Positions 1-11,941 of a stretch of DNA of 64,000 nt are shown in pieces. The notes beneath the pieces were generated by a model. It searched no databases, had not been told where the DNA came from, and saw only the letters and a list, made by a program, of their open reading frames with translations. The first letter of the stretch is position 1. Every line of letters begins with the position of its first letter. A program made the translations under genes and the position numbers. The stretch comes from an uncultured cyanobacterium. Lineage in GTDB: Bacteria; Cyanobacteriota; Cyanobacteriia; Cyanobacteriales; Cyanobacteriaceae. The stretch lies in NCBI GenBank assembly GCA_963710605.1, contig CAVQBA010000006.1:224001-288000 (forward strand), written 5' to 3'.

Positions 1-451
1 ATACAATTTCTCCTCTTTGTATAGACAATATCAATGGAGTTATATTATTTCTGTCAAAGCAATCAACTTCGAACTGGCATTCTGATGCTTGAGTGAAAAA
101 ATTACCTTCGGAGTATTCATCTACAGGTTCAAAACTTAAACAATCAAAAGTACTACTGTATGAACTACATAGTGTAGCTGAAACAATATAGTTTCCAGGA
201 GGAACTTTTATTTCATAACTTCCTTGTTCTTCTTCTGTCTCTGTACAGTGTTGCTGACGTGTTTCTATATTTGTAGCACAAAGTTTTTGTGCTGGAATAA
301 AATCGCTAGGGTAAGATGTCGCTCCTTTAATGATACCGAAACCTTCATTTGCTTGAGCAAGAAAAGGTTTATTGTTTGAAAATAATGAAACTCCGTATCC
401 TAAAAAAATAATTAGTAATAGTGTTTTCTTTGATATGTTAGTAAATTTCAT
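1..451 (-). CDS. Secreted Cys-containing hypothetical protein, runs off the window edge (not in ORF track)
   Basis: ATG at 451-449; open to base 2: MKFTNISKKTLLLIIFLGYGVSLFS...GATSYPSDFIPAQKLCATNIETRQQHC...YEIKVPPGNYIVSA; N-terminal signal-like hydrophobic stretch. Confidence 0.7.
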   Translation of the reverse strand, partial: MKFTNISKKTLLLIIFLGYGVSLFSNNKPFLAQANEGFGIIKGATSYPSDFIPAQKLCATNIETRQQHCTETEEEQGSYEIKVPPGNYIVSATLCSSYSSTFDCLSFEPVDEYSEGNFFTQASECQFEVDCFDRNNITPLILSIQRGEIV

Positions 452-539
452 TATTCTATATACTCTTTTGATTATAATTCATTGTCTTTACTGATACGAT
501 ACTTTGTCTTCTGTTTTAACTATGGGTATATACTCGTAT

Positions 540-1163
540 TTAAAAACCACGTATTTTAGGTTTAAGTTCTTTTTCTAAGTTATAAAAAACTCTTACTTTT
601 TGGGCTGAGCCTCCTCTTTTGAGAGGTTTACCAGTTTCTGGTTCGCTACGAAGGGCTATTATTTCTTGCAATACTCGATCTGGCTCGTCATCTGACTGAA
701 GAGTAAATAATAAATCTTCTTCTTCACATTGAGTATATTTTTGCTCGACACCACAAATAATATTAGTATTTGAATGACCGAGCCATCTGGCAACATCATT
801 AGTAATAAAATTAATCCCGTTACGATCGTGTATAGATTGAAATCGCTCGGAAACTGTTTCACATCGCTTTTGAGGAGACCATTTTTCGCCAAAATATTGG
901 TTATCCCCATCCCAATAAATTAGAGTTAAAGGATTATCTAGCAAATCGTTATTTACGACAGTAGCAAGTACTTGTTCACCATCTTTTTGAGTATCAACAC
1001 AGTAAAACTCTACGTTTGTAACCTCATCTTCTTTAGGTTTGGAGGTATTTTCTTTGTTTTGAGTTGTAGAATCAGCTTTAGTTTTTCCCGTACAACCAGA
1101 GGTCAAAAGCAATAAAATTGCCAAAACAGAAATAACAGACGAATAACGGATGCTCTTCATCAT
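540..1163 (-). CDS. COP23-domain lipoprotein
   Basis: Lipobox LTSGC; FYC...LIYW...YFGEKWSPQKRCETVSERFQ...IICGV...LLFTL pattern of COP23 domains. Confidence 0.75.
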   Translation of the reverse strand: MMKSIRYSSVISVLAILLLLTSGCTGKTKADSTTQNKENTSKPKEDEVTNVEFYCVDTQKDGEQVLATVVNNDLLDNPLTLIYWDGDNQYFGEKWSPQKRCETVSERFQSIHDRNGINFITNDVARWLGHSNTNIICGVEQKYTQCEEEDLLFTLQSDDEPDRVLQEIIALRSEPETGKPLKRGGSAQKVRVFYNLEKELKPKIRGF

Positions 1164-1667
1164 GATTGAAAAATTATTTATGATCTAACTCAATTTACAA
1201 TAACATGATTTTTGATGTTCGTATTTTAATGATTATTTGTTAAAAAAAAAGTAAGTAACTTTACGTGAATAAAGTTAAGTTTTTAATAAACTATTTAAAG
1301 TTTTTTCTCTTTAAATTACAAAACTTTTTCTATTTACTTATACGATCATTTATACTATTTTAAATAATTAAAACTACACTTATAGCTAGTCAGCACCCAA
1401 AAAAGCGGTGCATCTGCATATTTTTTACCTTCGCTAACTGAGATAGAGAGATTGAGGGTATTTATCTATATCTTTATTTTTAGAACTTGCTATTAGATTT
1501 AGTTATTACAAGTCTTGTAACCCTAACACCTAATATTTAGAATCTATAAACATTTATAAATTTATATTAAATATTACTAAATTCTATTTTTGTAAATATT
1601 TACAAGGTCAATCGATTAAACCTTATTGTGTAAACTTCAATTATTATTAATTATTAATCAATTAGTT

Positions 1668-2780
1668 ATGTTCTTTCAAATATCTATCGATCCAAAAAAA
1701 AGAGTTAAAACTCTCACTAAAATTGTTATCGGTTATTTTTGCTTATCCTTGACTACTAGTGTGACACTTGCTCAAGAAAATACCAGCACACTTAGAGTCG
1801 CTACCAAAAACTTTCCGCCTTTTGCCTTTGAACAAAACGGACAATATGTCGGCTTTAGTATTGATTTATGGAACGAAATTGCCCAAGAATTAGATGCCAA
1901 CTCGCAAATATACGGAGAGGCAACTGTACCCGCATTATTAGAGTCAGTAAGTAATGGAGAAACAGATATTGGTATCGCAGGAATAACTATTAATCAAGAA
2001 AGAGAAAAGATAATTGATTTTTCGCACTCTTTTTATGAGTCAGGATTACAAATCATGGTTTCCACCAGCAATTTATCCCCTTGGCAAACTTTTTTTGCTT
2101 TTGTTTTTTCTCCTGTTTTATGGAGTGCGATCGTATTTTTGATAGTCGTAATCACCATCGCCGCCCATATTATTTGGTATTTTGAAAGAAAAGCTAACCC
2201 GCAAATGTTTCCGCAAACATATTTAGCCGGTGTCGGTGAGGCTTTGTGGTGGGCGGTAGTAACTGTGGTAACAGTGGGTTATGGAGATAAAACTCCTAAA
2301 GGTATTATCGGTAGAATAGTCGCCACAATTTGGATGTTTACGGGTATTTTATTAATCTCTTATTTCACCGCTTCAGTAACATCTGCTTTAACTGTGCAAA
2401 AATTAGATCAAAATATTACCACCATTCAAGACTTACACAATCAATCGATCGGTACTGTTAAAAATACTACTGCCTCAGACTTTTTAGCAACTACACCTGC
2501 TTATGTAATTGATTTTGATACCATTGAAGATGCTTATCTAGCTTTGACTGAAGGTACGATAAAAGCGATCGTTTATGATGCACCTGCACTACGTTACTAC
2601 GTCCAAGGAGAAGGTAGAGGTAAGGTTAAAGTCGTGGGTACAGTTTTTGCCCAACAAAGTTATGGTATTGCTTTACAAACAAATAGCCCTTATCGAGAAT
2701 CCATTAATCAAGCAATTCTTAAACTTAAAGAAGATGGCACTTATGGACAAATTTATCAAAAATGGTTTGGTAAAGACTAA
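1668..2780 (+). CDS. GluR0-like ligand-gated K+ channel (split substrate-binding domain around a pore)
   Basis: PPFAF/GFSIDLW SBP motifs, TM helices, K+ filter TVGYGD; ATG 1668 preferred over upstream TTG 1626. Confidence 0.85.
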   Translation: MFFQISIDPKKRVKTLTKIVIGYFCLSLTTSVTLAQENTSTLRVATKNFPPFAFEQNGQYVGFSIDLWNEIAQELDANSQIYGEATVPALLESVSNGETDIGIAGITINQEREKIIDFSHSFYESGLQIMVSTSNLSPWQTFFAFVFSPVLWSAIVFLIVVITIAAHIIWYFERKANPQMFPQTYLAGVGEALWWAVVTVVTVGYGDKTPKGIIGRIVATIWMFTGILLISYFTASVTSALTVQKLDQNITTIQDLHNQSIGTVKNTTASDFLATTPAYVIDFDTIEDAYLALTEGTIKAIVYDAPALRYYVQGEGRGKVKVVGTVFAQQSYGIALQTNSPYRESINQAILKLKEDGTYGQIYQKWFGKD

Positions 2781-2787
2781 TTAATAG

Positions 2788-2818
2788 CTATAAGCTATAA
2801 GCTATAAGCTATAAGCTA
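2788..2818. repeat. Heptamer short tandem repeat (TAAGCTA)n, STRR-type
   Basis: gctataagctataagctataagctataagct; same unit again at ~33706-33722. Confidence 0.8.
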
Positions 2819-2904
2819 AGGCACGAAATTCACTTTTTATTCTCAATTCTCAATTCTACATTCTCCATTCTTTTACCTACTCCTTACTCCTTACTCATTA
2901 CTCA

Positions 2905-3876
2905 TTATTTAATGCGGTGAATAACATAATTAGTTAATTCAGCCAAAGAATCAGTAGCAGGTGAAGATGACAGACATTCAATGTCTTGTAATGCTAATTG
3001 ACTGTGAGTAAATGCTAATTCTCTTGCCCTTTCAATCCCATTACTTTCATGTACTAAAGTCAATGCTTTTTCTAAATCGCCATCTTCATTAAATTCTCTT
3101 TCAATCAATGTAGTTAAAATTGGTTTTTCTTCCATAGCATACAATACAGGAATAGTTAAGTTTCCACTAGCTAAATCTGAACCTGCGGGTTTACCTAATA
3201 CTTCAGTAGAAGACGTAAAATCGATAATATCATCAACAATTTGAAAGGCTAAACCTAAGTTACGTCCATAACTATAAACTTTATCTGCTATTTTTGGAGT
3301 TTGACCACTTAATACCGCTGCGGCTTTAGCACTGTTGGCAATTAAAGAAGCAGTTTTAAAATAACTTTTTTGTAAATATGCGTCCAAAGTTACCTCTGTA
3401 TCAAAACAACTCAATCCTTGTTGAATTTCTCCCTCAGCAAAATCTCTAATCACCTCGGATAGTAATTTGACTACTTCTAAGTTATCTAAATTAGCTAAAT
3501 ACCAAGAAGATTGAGCAAAAAGAAAATCTCCTGCTAATACTGCTATACGATTACCAAAAAGTGAGTTGACTGTTTCGACTTGTCTTCTTAATTCTGCTTC
3601 ATCAACGACATCATCATGGACTAAACTTGCAGTATGAATCATCTCCGTGATTTCTGCTAAACGTCTGTGTTTAGGGCTTAAATCCTCTGTTTTCATTGTC
3701 GCACGAGATACCAGTAATACGATCGCAGGTCGAATTCTTTTACCACCAGCAGAGAACAGATGTTCTGCGGCAGCTCCCAAAATTGGATGTTGGGCTTCAA
3801 CAAGGCTAGTTAGATTATCAATTAATACGGATAAATCTTTTTCTACAGGGGCAAATATCGAGGTTGCAGTCGTCAT
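2905..3876 (-). CDS. sds: Solanesyl diphosphate synthase
   Basis: GGKRIRP, LVHDDVVD and FQIVDDIID prenyltransferase motifs. Confidence 0.93.
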   Translation of the reverse strand: MTTATSIFAPVEKDLSVLIDNLTSLVEAQHPILGAAAEHLFSAGGKRIRPAIVLLVSRATMKTEDLSPKHRRLAEITEMIHTASLVHDDVVDEAELRRQVETVNSLFGNRIAVLAGDFLFAQSSWYLANLDNLEVVKLLSEVIRDFAEGEIQQGLSCFDTEVTLDAYLQKSYFKTASLIANSAKAAAVLSGQTPKIADKVYSYGRNLGLAFQIVDDIIDFTSSTEVLGKPAGSDLASGNLTIPVLYAMEEKPILTTLIEREFNEDGDLEKALTLVHESNGIERARELAFTHSQLALQDIECLSSSPATDSLAELTNYVIHRIK

Positions 3877-4674
3877 TGATGAATAGCTTTTATAAATAAT
3901 ATTTAACGAAAGTTTACATATCTTATTGCTATTTTAAGCTATGGTTTAACAACTCGACCAAAAATCAAGAAATATTTTAGTTTTTCCGATTTTCATGAGT
4001 CTTTATACTCATTACTAGGACTAGTTTAGAGCTAATTTAAAAAAAAGTAAACTTTTTTTAATTATTGCAAAAGATATGTTATATTAAAAGTAAGAAAAGT
4101 CAATCTTAAAAAAATCTATAATTCATTAGAGATTATAGTTTCTATAGAGCATTCTGTTCTAAATCTAAACAAGTAAGAAACTTAATCTAATCACTTTATC
4201 TAGTGTGACCAATTTTCGAGATTACACAACACACTATTTTATTATTTAGTGATTTTGTAGTCAGAAAAAATATTCATTTGGTTACTGTTATAAGAATAAG
4301 TTTTAATTGACAATAGCAAAAATATTGTTTGTTGAAGATTTAATCAGTAGCTTTATAAATAACAAGTGATCAACAAAATTTGGGTAATTAAATTTTAATT
4401 ACTGAAAACAAATAAGGTGAGTAATCACCATAACTAGATTAATTTAAGTTGCCAGATAAGACTAGTGAGAAAATACTTTGATGTTAATATCCAAAGTAGT
4501 ATTTCGGATATACTTATATTTACAATCTAGTTATCTTTAAATGGTTGGTAACTAAAGTAATTAATTAGTTCTCAATAATTATTAGTTAATTCTATGATGT
4601 GAAGCAATTTGTAAATAGCTTTACTAAAAGAGTTATAGTTTGACTTTTTTTAAAATTATTTTTAGGAGAACTTC

Positions 4675-4770
4675 ATGTTGATACCGGTACTGGCTTCGTT
4701 GTACGCATTAACTATCTATTTACTTTTAGGCACAATGGCTAAAAGTCTTAATAAAAAAGAGCTTAGTTAA
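4675..4770 (+). CDS. Candidate 31-aa single-TM small protein (not in ORF track)
   Basis: AGGAG 6 nt before ATG; MLIPVLASLYALTIYLLLGTMAKSLNKKELS*. Confidence 0.5.
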   Translation: MLIPVLASLYALTIYLLLGTMAKSLNKKELS

Positions 4771-5034
4771 AAGTTAAAAGTGCTTGCGACTCACTTAATT
4801 GAGTATAAATAAAAAATATTTTCAGAGTTTTTAACTCAATTAGTTTTTGCATAGATGATCAAAATTTGTCTATTACGAAAACCAATAGTAATAATTCCAA
4901 TACAATTAAACAATTAGTCATCAAACAAGTATATCTTGATCTATATAAATCTTGAGCACTTGCTTAATGGCTAATCTTTTTTGTCTGATTATAAAAAGAT
5001 CAATGATCGATCGAACTGTAGATACAATCTAATC

Positions 5035-6381
5035 TTAATCCGATAAATTTTGTTCAATAAAATTGGTGTAAATATTACCGGCGAGAAATTCAGGATGATT
5101 AAGAATACGTCGATGAAAATCAATGGTAGTACAAACACCTGTTATGGCACATTCTCTTAATGCACGTTTCATTCTTTTAATGGCTGTATCTCTATTTTCG
5201 CCCCAGACAATCAATTTACCAATCAATGAATCGTAATACGGCGGAATCTCATAATCTGGATAGACAAAAGAATCCATTCTCACACCCGGACCACCAGGTG
5301 GTAAATAAGCGATAATTTTACCCGGATTAGGACGAAAATCATGTTTTGGATCTTCCGCATTAATACGACATTCGATCGCATGACCTTTTAATTGTACTTC
5401 GCTTTGAGTAAAAGATAGTTTTTCGCCTTGTGCGATCGCAATTTGTTCTTTAATTAAATCCAAACCTGTAATCATCTCCGTCACAGGATGTTCAACTTGA
5501 ATACGAGTATTCATTTCCATAAAATAAAAATTATTATATTTATCTAATAAAAACTCAACTGTACCCGCACCCTTATAATTGATAGATTTAGCCGCTTTTA
5601 CTGCCGCCGCCCCCATTTTTTGGCGTAACTCATCACTAATAACGATCGAAGGTGCTTCTTCCAACAACTTTTGATGACGACGTTGAATTGAGCAATCTCT
5701 TTCTCCTAAGTGAACTACATTACCATAACTATCAGCTAAAATTTGAAACTCAATATGACGGGGTAATTCAATACATTTTTCGATATAAATACCGCCATTA
5801 CCAAAAGCCGCTTCCGCTTCACCTTGAGCGGCGGCTAATAAACGAGGTAATTCTGAGGCATTAGGGACGAAACGCATTCCTCTACCACCACCCCCTGCTG
5901 TAGCTTTTACAATGACAGGATAACCTATTTCTGCGGCTATTTTACTAGCTTCTTCTACTCCGCTGACTAAACCTTTACTTCCGGGGATGGTTGGTACACC
6001 TGCTTTTTGCATCGTTTTTTTTGCTGTTGCTTTATCACCCATGGAGATAATCGATTCGGGTGCAGGACCAATAAAACTCAGATTATGATCAGCACATATC
6101 TGTGCAAAACGAGCATTTTCAGCTAAAAACCCATAGCCAGGATGAATTGCTTCAGCACCTCTGGTTAATGCCGCCGCAATAATGTTGGGTATATTTAGAT
6201 AACTTTTATTACTAGGAGGAGGGCCGATACAAACACTTTCATCAGCGAGTTTAACATGTAAAGCATTACGATCGATCGTAGAGTGAACCGCAACTGTAGC
6301 TATACCCATCTCTTCACAACTATGAATAATCCGTAAAGCAATTTCACCTCGGTTCGCAATTAAGATTTTGGCAAACGGCAT
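5035..6381 (-). CDS. accC: Acetyl-CoA carboxylase biotin carboxylase subunit
   Basis: [40 protein letters not shown]. Confidence 0.97.
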   Translation of the reverse strand: MPFAKILIANRGEIALRIIHSCEEMGIATVAVHSTIDRNALHVKLADESVCIGPPPSNKSYLNIPNIIAAALTRGAEAIHPGYGFLAENARFAQICADHNLSFIGPAPESIISMGDKATAKKTMQKAGVPTIPGSKGLVSGVEEASKIAAEIGYPVIVKATAGGGGRGMRFVPNASELPRLLAAAQGEAEAAFGNGGIYIEKCIELPRHIEFQILADSYGNVVHLGERDCSIQRRHQKLLEEAPSIVISDELRQKMGAAAVKAAKSINYKGAGTVEFLLDKYNNFYFMEMNTRIQVEHPVTEMITGLDLIKEQIAIAQGEKLSFTQSEVQLKGHAIECRINAEDPKHDFRPNPGKIIAYLPPGGPGVRMDSFVYPDYEIPPYYDSLIGKLIVWGENRDTAIKRMKRALRECAITGVCTTIDFHRRILNHPEFLAGNIYTNFIEQNLSD

Positions 6382-6455
6382 TGTTGATCCTTAAACATAT
6401 ATCATCAGTATCATATTTTGTTTTGGTACTTCTGGCAATTTATTGCTCAGTAATT

Positions 6456-7751
6456 TTATTCTGGTATTGCCCATACTCTAATTGATGTATCAGTGCTGTA
6501 GCTAGCGATAAATTCTCTGTCGCTACTCATTGCTATATAGCCTATTGGTGCTGTATGCCCTTTTAATTTTACTAATTCTCGATTGTTAACTAAATCCCAA
6601 ACTACAATATCATAACCGTCATTACAATAAATAAAAATTCTACCATCAGCGGTTAACAAAGTAGGAGAAAAAAAAGGAAAAGACTTAATAATTTTATCGC
6701 TTTGTAATTCCCAAACACAAACGTTATCTTCTCTGATGCCACCTGCGATAATTTTTCCTTCTGGATTGATGGCTAATGAATGTACAGCAAGTAGAGGAAG
6801 ATTATCTATTTCTTGGATTAATGTACCTGTTTCTATTTCCCATAGTTGAATAACAATATGACAAGGACGTACATAAATATTAACGTAACAAACTACAACA
6901 AATTTACTGTCAGGAGTAAAAATAAAGCGAGAAGATTGATTTAAAGAAAACTCAAAGGGATTTTTTTTAACTCTTGTCTCTATATTTGAATTAAATGGAA
7001 AGGAGAGTTTATCAAATTTATAATTAAAGTATAAAGAATTAGTTTCTAGATTCCAAACATAAAATTCTCCTTCATGACCATTACACGCACTAGTCATAAT
7101 AATAGGTTTATAAGGACAAATTACTATCGAACTAAAACAATATTTATTCGTAGGTGTTGCCAGAGAATGATACTTTTGTGTTTCTATCTTTACACTTATA
7201 AGTCTCTCTTGATAGTTATAGACGCAAAGTTTTCCCTTTTCTATCAAACCTAAATCATGAGCTGAATTAACAGAGAAACTTGTTTTTAAATTAGATGTTT
7301 TTAAACACCAAGAATTAAGAAAAGAATAGTTATAATTTATATCCCAATAACAAACTAAACTCTTGTCGTACTCAGCAATACCGATAAAAAAAGGATGATA
7401 TATTGTGCCAAAATCATGTTGTTTTCTCTCATCTTTTTTCCAGCTAAAAAAATTATCGTAACTACCAAGACTGTAATCGTCAATCAAATGAATACATTGC
7501 ATTTGTGAGAAAGGCAAATGATTGTATATAATAGCATTTTTGGTAGTCTCATTATCAATCTCGGTTAATAAAATAAAAGCTGATTCTCTTACTTCCCTAA
7601 CCGAATTATTTAACATCAAAGCGACAAGTTTTATCCCTTCGTCTCCACAATCGACAGCATCAAGAAGAGCATCTATTTTCTCTTCGATTAAATTACTTTT
7701 CAAACGCTCTGTAATATTATCAATAGCTTGTTTATTTTCTTCAGAAGTCAT
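6456..7751 (-). CDS. WD40-repeat protein with N-terminal helical (HEAT-like) segment
   Basis: LKGHTAPIGYIAMSSDREFIASYSTDTSIRVW and several xxWD/WE/WN repeat ends. Confidence 0.75.
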   Translation of the reverse strand: MTSEENKQAIDNITERLKSNLIEEKIDALLDAVDCGDEGIKLVALMLNNSVREVRESAFILLTEIDNETTKNAIIYNHLPFSQMQCIHLIDDYSLGSYDNFFSWKKDERKQHDFGTIYHPFFIGIAEYDKSLVCYWDINYNYSFLNSWCLKTSNLKTSFSVNSAHDLGLIEKGKLCVYNYQERLISVKIETQKYHSLATPTNKYCFSSIVICPYKPIIMTSACNGHEGEFYVWNLETNSLYFNYKFDKLSFPFNSNIETRVKKNPFEFSLNQSSRFIFTPDSKFVVVCYVNIYVRPCHIVIQLWEIETGTLIQEIDNLPLLAVHSLAINPEGKIIAGGIREDNVCVWELQSDKIIKSFPFFSPTLLTADGRIFIYCNDGYDIVVWDLVNNRELVKLKGHTAPIGYIAMSSDREFIASYSTDTSIRVWAIPE

Positions 7752-7963
7752 TATTGATTGATGAGAATAAGTACAAACGTTTATTGGTGAAAAAACTTAA
7801 ATGTAGGGGGCAAGGTTTATGCCCTTTTTATATTTCCTTCCAAAATGAAAAACTGCCCTTCGTATATAAAAGAGCAGTTTATTTAATTAGTTATTTTAAA
7901 TAATTTTTGTTTCAATTAAGCTATTCAATTGAAAACATTGAATTAATTGTGTTTAAACTAAAC

Positions 7964-8080
7964 TTACATTGAAGAACCGATACCAGCGTAAGCACCATAG
8001 AAAAATAGTGCAACTACGCCCAAAGCACCCATTCCAGCGATCGTACCAACGATCCATAAAGGAATTTTAGCATTACCCAT
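7964..8080 (-). CDS. psbJ: Photosystem II protein J (not in ORF track)
   Basis: [46 protein letters not shown]; psbEFLJ order. Confidence 0.96.
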   Translation of the reverse strand: MGNAKIPLWIVGTIAGMGALGVVALFFYGAYAGIGSSM

Positions 8081-8112
8081 AACGAAACCTCCTAAATTAA
8101 TTAATGAATTTT

Positions 8113-8232
8113 TTAGTTGAAGAAGTAACTAGAGAATAAAACACCTAGTACTGCTACCCCCAATAAGCCTAAATACAAGGAAGTACGGTTTAATTCTACA
8201 GCTTGTCTATTAGGATTTGTTTTTCTTTCCAT
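8113..8232 (-). CDS. psbL: Photosystem II protein L (not in ORF track)
   Basis: [39 protein letters not shown]. Confidence 0.97.
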   Translation of the reverse strand: MERKTNPNRQAVELNRTSLYLGLLGVAVLGVLFSSYFFN

Positions 8233-8252
8233 GATTACTCCTATTTATAATT

Positions 8253-8390
8253 TTATCTTTGAATAAATTGCATTGCGGTGATGGCACCGACAAAAAACAC
8301 ACTAGGCACTGCTAAAGTGTGTACTGCTAACCATCTTACTGTAAAAATGGGGTAAGATACTGGTTGTTCAGGACTATTACTACTTGTCAT
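8253..8390 (-). CDS. psbF: Cytochrome b559 beta subunit (not in ORF track)
   Basis: [45 protein letters not shown]. Confidence 0.97.
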   Translation of the reverse strand: MTSSNSPEQPVSYPIFTVRWLAVHTLAVPSVFFVGAITAMQFIQR

Positions 8391-8429
8391 ATTTTTTACT
8401 ACTTGATTAATCTAATTAAATTATCTGAA

Positions 8430-8675
8430 TTATTTATTAAATTCTTCGATTTGTTTTGTTGCTTCGTATCTATCGCTGACGATCGGTAATTCATCACGGG
8501 TTTGAGTAAAATACTGATCAGGGCGAGGAGTACCAAAAACATCATAAGCTAAACCAGTTTGGATAAATAACCAACCTGCAATAAATAACATCGGAATTGT
8601 AATGCTATGAATAATCCAATAACGGACACTTGTCACAATATCGGTAAACGGACGTTCGCCTGTATCTCCAGCCAT
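8430..8675 (-). CDS. psbE: Cytochrome b559 alpha subunit
   Basis: [32 protein letters not shown]. Confidence 0.98.
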   Translation of the reverse strand: MAGDTGERPFTDIVTSVRYWIIHSITIPMLFIAGWLFIQTGLAYDVFGTPRPDQYFTQTRDELPIVSDRYEATKQIEEFNK

Positions 8676-8801
8676 AATTAAAATATGCTCCTAAAGTTTT
8701 TTCTACCTAAATCTAATTTACAACATTAATGGCTTAACTAATCGATTATATAAGCCTATTTTATGAATAAAAGGTATTAAATATCAATACCTCGAAATAA
8801 T

Positions 8802-9800
8802 TTAAACGTTCTGAGTATTATATTTTAACAGAACACCACGCTCTCCTAAAATAAAACCTTTATTTTGCTCAACAAAAACAATTTTATAAAGATTAGAAGG
8901 CACAGAAGTTATCTCTTCATCTTTTAACCAAGAATCTCCGCCATCAGGGCTAAGTAATAAATTACCACTACCACCTGACAACCAAATGTTTTCACCATCA
9001 GGTGTGGCTAAATCGAGAAAACCCCAACTAGTAGAATATTCGGGTGTAATTGGTTCATCCCAATCTTCAAAGTCTTCTGAATTACTAAATTGAACTTGAC
9101 CACCTCTGGCAATTAACCATAAAGTTTCGTCATCAAAAAAGCCCATGTTTTGTAAACGACGAGAAGAAGTACGTTGATGAGGCACCCATTCTGTAGCACC
9201 TGGTTGCCATGTAGAATAAAAGTTTCCTCTAGCACTAACAGCGACGTATTTACCATCGGTAGAGCGATTAACGCTACGAGCAACACCGACTGCACCTTCT
9301 ACTAGTGCTTTCCATGTTTTGGCGTTATCGGTTGTTTTATAAATAGCACCTAAATTAGTAACCATTTCTGCGGTATTATCACCTAAAGCAATTACTCCGT
9401 AAGGAATACCGGGAAGTTGATCACTTAAAAGTACTCTTTCCCAGTTGTTACCACCATCTTTGGTATGTAAAAGTATTGTCGGTGCGCCAGTTATCCAACC
9501 TTCATCGCCAAAAAAGCTAACTGCGGTAAAGTTAACTCTTTCTTCTCCTAACTCAATAAATCTCTCTGCCCATGTGTTACCACCATCGTTAGTTTCAAAC
9601 AATGCTGACTTGGTACCGACTAACCAACCATGATTGGCATCACTGGTAAAGGCAATATCAGCAAAAATTGCTTCTGTATTTAAATTGATGGTTGTCCAAG
9701 GATTTTCACTCAGTGAAGGTAAATAAGAACAACTAATACAGAAAAAAGTAAGTACTACAAATACTAAAAGTGATTTTAGTCGATTCAATAATAAATTCAT
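8802..9800 (-). CDS. ycf48: PSII assembly factor Ycf48/Hcf136
   Basis: BNR repeats (TNDGGNTW, TKDGGNNW), VAVSARGNFY, SSRRLQNMGF; position upstream of psbE. Confidence 0.95.
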   Translation of the reverse strand: MNLLLNRLKSLLVFVVLTFFCISCSYLPSLSENPWTTINLNTEAIFADIAFTSDANHGWLVGTKSALFETNDGGNTWAERFIELGEERVNFTAVSFFGDEGWITGAPTILLHTKDGGNNWERVLLSDQLPGIPYGVIALGDNTAEMVTNLGAIYKTTDNAKTWKALVEGAVGVARSVNRSTDGKYVAVSARGNFYSTWQPGATEWVPHQRTSSRRLQNMGFFDDETLWLIARGGQVQFSNSEDFEDWDEPITPEYSTSWGFLDLATPDGENIWLSGGSGNLLLSPDGGDSWLKDEEITSVPSNLYKIVFVEQNKGFILGERGVLLKYNTQNV

Positions 9801-9846
9801 TTTTATTTCGGAAAAAAGTTCATAATGGATTAATCTATTTGTTTAC

Positions 9847-10221
9847 TTAGTTCAATCCATATAGACTAAGAAAAAATAATGCACCTAAGGCTAAAGCACC
9901 AAAAATCAACAGATTTTTTTGTCCTGGTGTCATACGATTAACACCAAAACCGTAATTCAAATTCTCGGCAAATCCCGATGGTGCGTCGGTTGCCCCAATA
10001 TTTTTGAATAGAGTTTGATTCGCCCCACAAACTGGACAACGCCATTTTTTAGGTAAATCGGCAAATAATGTTCCCGGTGGAATATTTGTATTCGTGTCTC
10101 CTTTTGAAGGGACGTAAGTATATCCGCAAGAGCGACATTCAAAACTAGCTGGTGCTTGTTCTGCTAATGTTTTTTCTTGACTCGCTTGACTAACTTGTTT
10201 TTGTTGATTGTCTTCAGTCAT
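9847..10221 (-). CDS. rubA: Membrane-anchored rubredoxin A
   Basis: CRSCGY...WRCPVCG, C-terminal TM helix; rubA-ycf48-psbE synteny. Confidence 0.95.
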   Translation of the reverse strand: MTEDNQQKQVSQASQEKTLAEQAPASFECRSCGYTYVPSKGDTNTNIPPGTLFADLPKKWRCPVCGANQTLFKNIGATDAPSGFAENLNYGFGVNRMTPGQKNLLIFGALALGALFFLSLYGLN

Positions 10222-10739
10222 GATTACAATTGTCCAACCAAACCTTAAAAGTTTTTTAAGAATTATTACGTTAACAAACGATCGTCTATTAAACTTTCGA
10301 TCGTTTTTTAAGTCAGGAAAATAATTGCTTTAAGACAAACATTTTAAAGCGTTTGTTAGCTATAATATTTCCGAACTTGTTTACGGTATCGCCTTAGTAT
10401 ATCTTAAATTAGCTACTTTAGTCGAGATGGTTTGCTTACTAGTTTATTTATCACAGAAAACTTTTAATTAGTTAATGATGACTGTTTTAGCTACGAACGT
10501 AATTAAGTCAACTTTTTACCTTGATTTGTTAAGTTATACGTCAAGTTTTTCATAAACTAGTTGATTCTGAGTCAAAAAAACTTTTTTTAGATTAACGAAC
10601 ATTTTGATAAGCTCTTGCTTTTTTGGTAATAATAAGCAATCTTTATCTTTGAGAGATATTGTTTAAAGAAAAAAAACTTTCAATCGGTAGTTTTCGTACT
10701 AAAATTCAGCAAACGCTAAAAAGATTAGGTGAGATAGAT

Positions 10740-11798
10740 ATGGGTAATTCAGAAAAAACAACTGTTGGAATTGTTGGTGCTTCAGGTTACGGTGGTGTAC
10801 AGTTAGTTAGATTATTAGTTGAGCATCCTCAAGTCGAAATTGTTTATTTAGGAGGTGATAGTAGTGCCGGTAAACAATATGGTGAATTATATCCTCATCT
10901 ACGTCATCGGATAACTACTAAAATTGAAAAAGTGGATTTAGAAACGATCGCTTCTCGTTGTGATGTCGTCTTTTTAGGATTACCTAACGGATTAGCTTGT
11001 GATATAGCACCTCAATTACTAGCAAATGGCTGTAAAGTATTAGATTTGTCCGCTGACTATCGTTTTAAAGATTTAGATACTTACACTCAATGGTACAAAA
11101 CAGATAGAAAAGATATAGAAACTTCTGCTCATGCAGTTTATGGCTTACCAGAATTATACCGAGAAAAAATTAAAAATAGCCGTTTAATCGGTTGCCCTGG
11201 TTGTTATCCTACAGCTAGTTTGTTAGCACTCGCTCCTTTATTAAAACAAGGTTTAATTGATCCTAATAGCATTATTATTGATGCCAAATCAGGAACTTCA
11301 GGCGGTGGCAGGCAAGGTAAAATAAATTTGTTATTAGCTGAAGCTGATAACTCTTTAGGTGCTTATGGTATCGCCAAACATAGACATACCCCAGAGATAG
11401 AACAAATCTGCTCTGATTTAGCTCGTGATGAAGTGAAGGTACAATTTACTCCTCACTTGATACCGATGCCTAGAGGAATATTATCTACTGTCTATGGTAC
11501 TTTAACTGATCCGGGTTTGGTCACAGAAGATTTATTAACTGTTTATACAGCTTTTTATCGTAATTCTAAATTTGTTAATGTTTTAGAAAGAGGTATTTAT
11601 CCGCAAACTAAATGGGCTTGTGGTACGAATGTTGGTTATCTAGGTTTAGAAGTTGATTCACGTACAGGAAGAGTTATTGTTGTCAGTGCGATCGATAATT
11701 TGATTAAAGGACAAGCAGGACAAGCTGTTCAATGTTTAAATATTATGATGGGATGGGCTGAAGAAACTGGTTTACCTACTTTAGGTTTTTATCCTTAA
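10740..11798 (+). CDS. argC: N-acetyl-gamma-glutamyl-phosphate reductase
   Basis: [31 protein letters not shown] 10740 preferred over TTG 10659. Confidence 0.96.
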   Translation: MGNSEKTTVGIVGASGYGGVQLVRLLVEHPQVEIVYLGGDSSAGKQYGELYPHLRHRITTKIEKVDLETIASRCDVVFLGLPNGLACDIAPQLLANGCKVLDLSADYRFKDLDTYTQWYKTDRKDIETSAHAVYGLPELYREKIKNSRLIGCPGCYPTASLLALAPLLKQGLIDPNSIIIDAKSGTSGGGRQGKINLLLAEADNSLGAYGIAKHRHTPEIEQICSDLARDEVKVQFTPHLIPMPRGILSTVYGTLTDPGLVTEDLLTVYTAFYRNSKFVNVLERGIYPQTKWACGTNVGYLGLEVDSRTGRVIVVSAIDNLIKGQAGQAVQCLNIMMGWAEETGLPTLGFYP

Positions 11799-11941
11799 AG
11801 ATCAACAATTGATAGTAAATAGTAGGTAGTTAGGTAAAATTAATTAATCTGTCAGAAATTATTGACGATCTTTGAATTGATACACTTTACTATTAATAAA
11901 CTATTTACTATTTACTCAGTCATAGTTATTAAAAAACTTAT

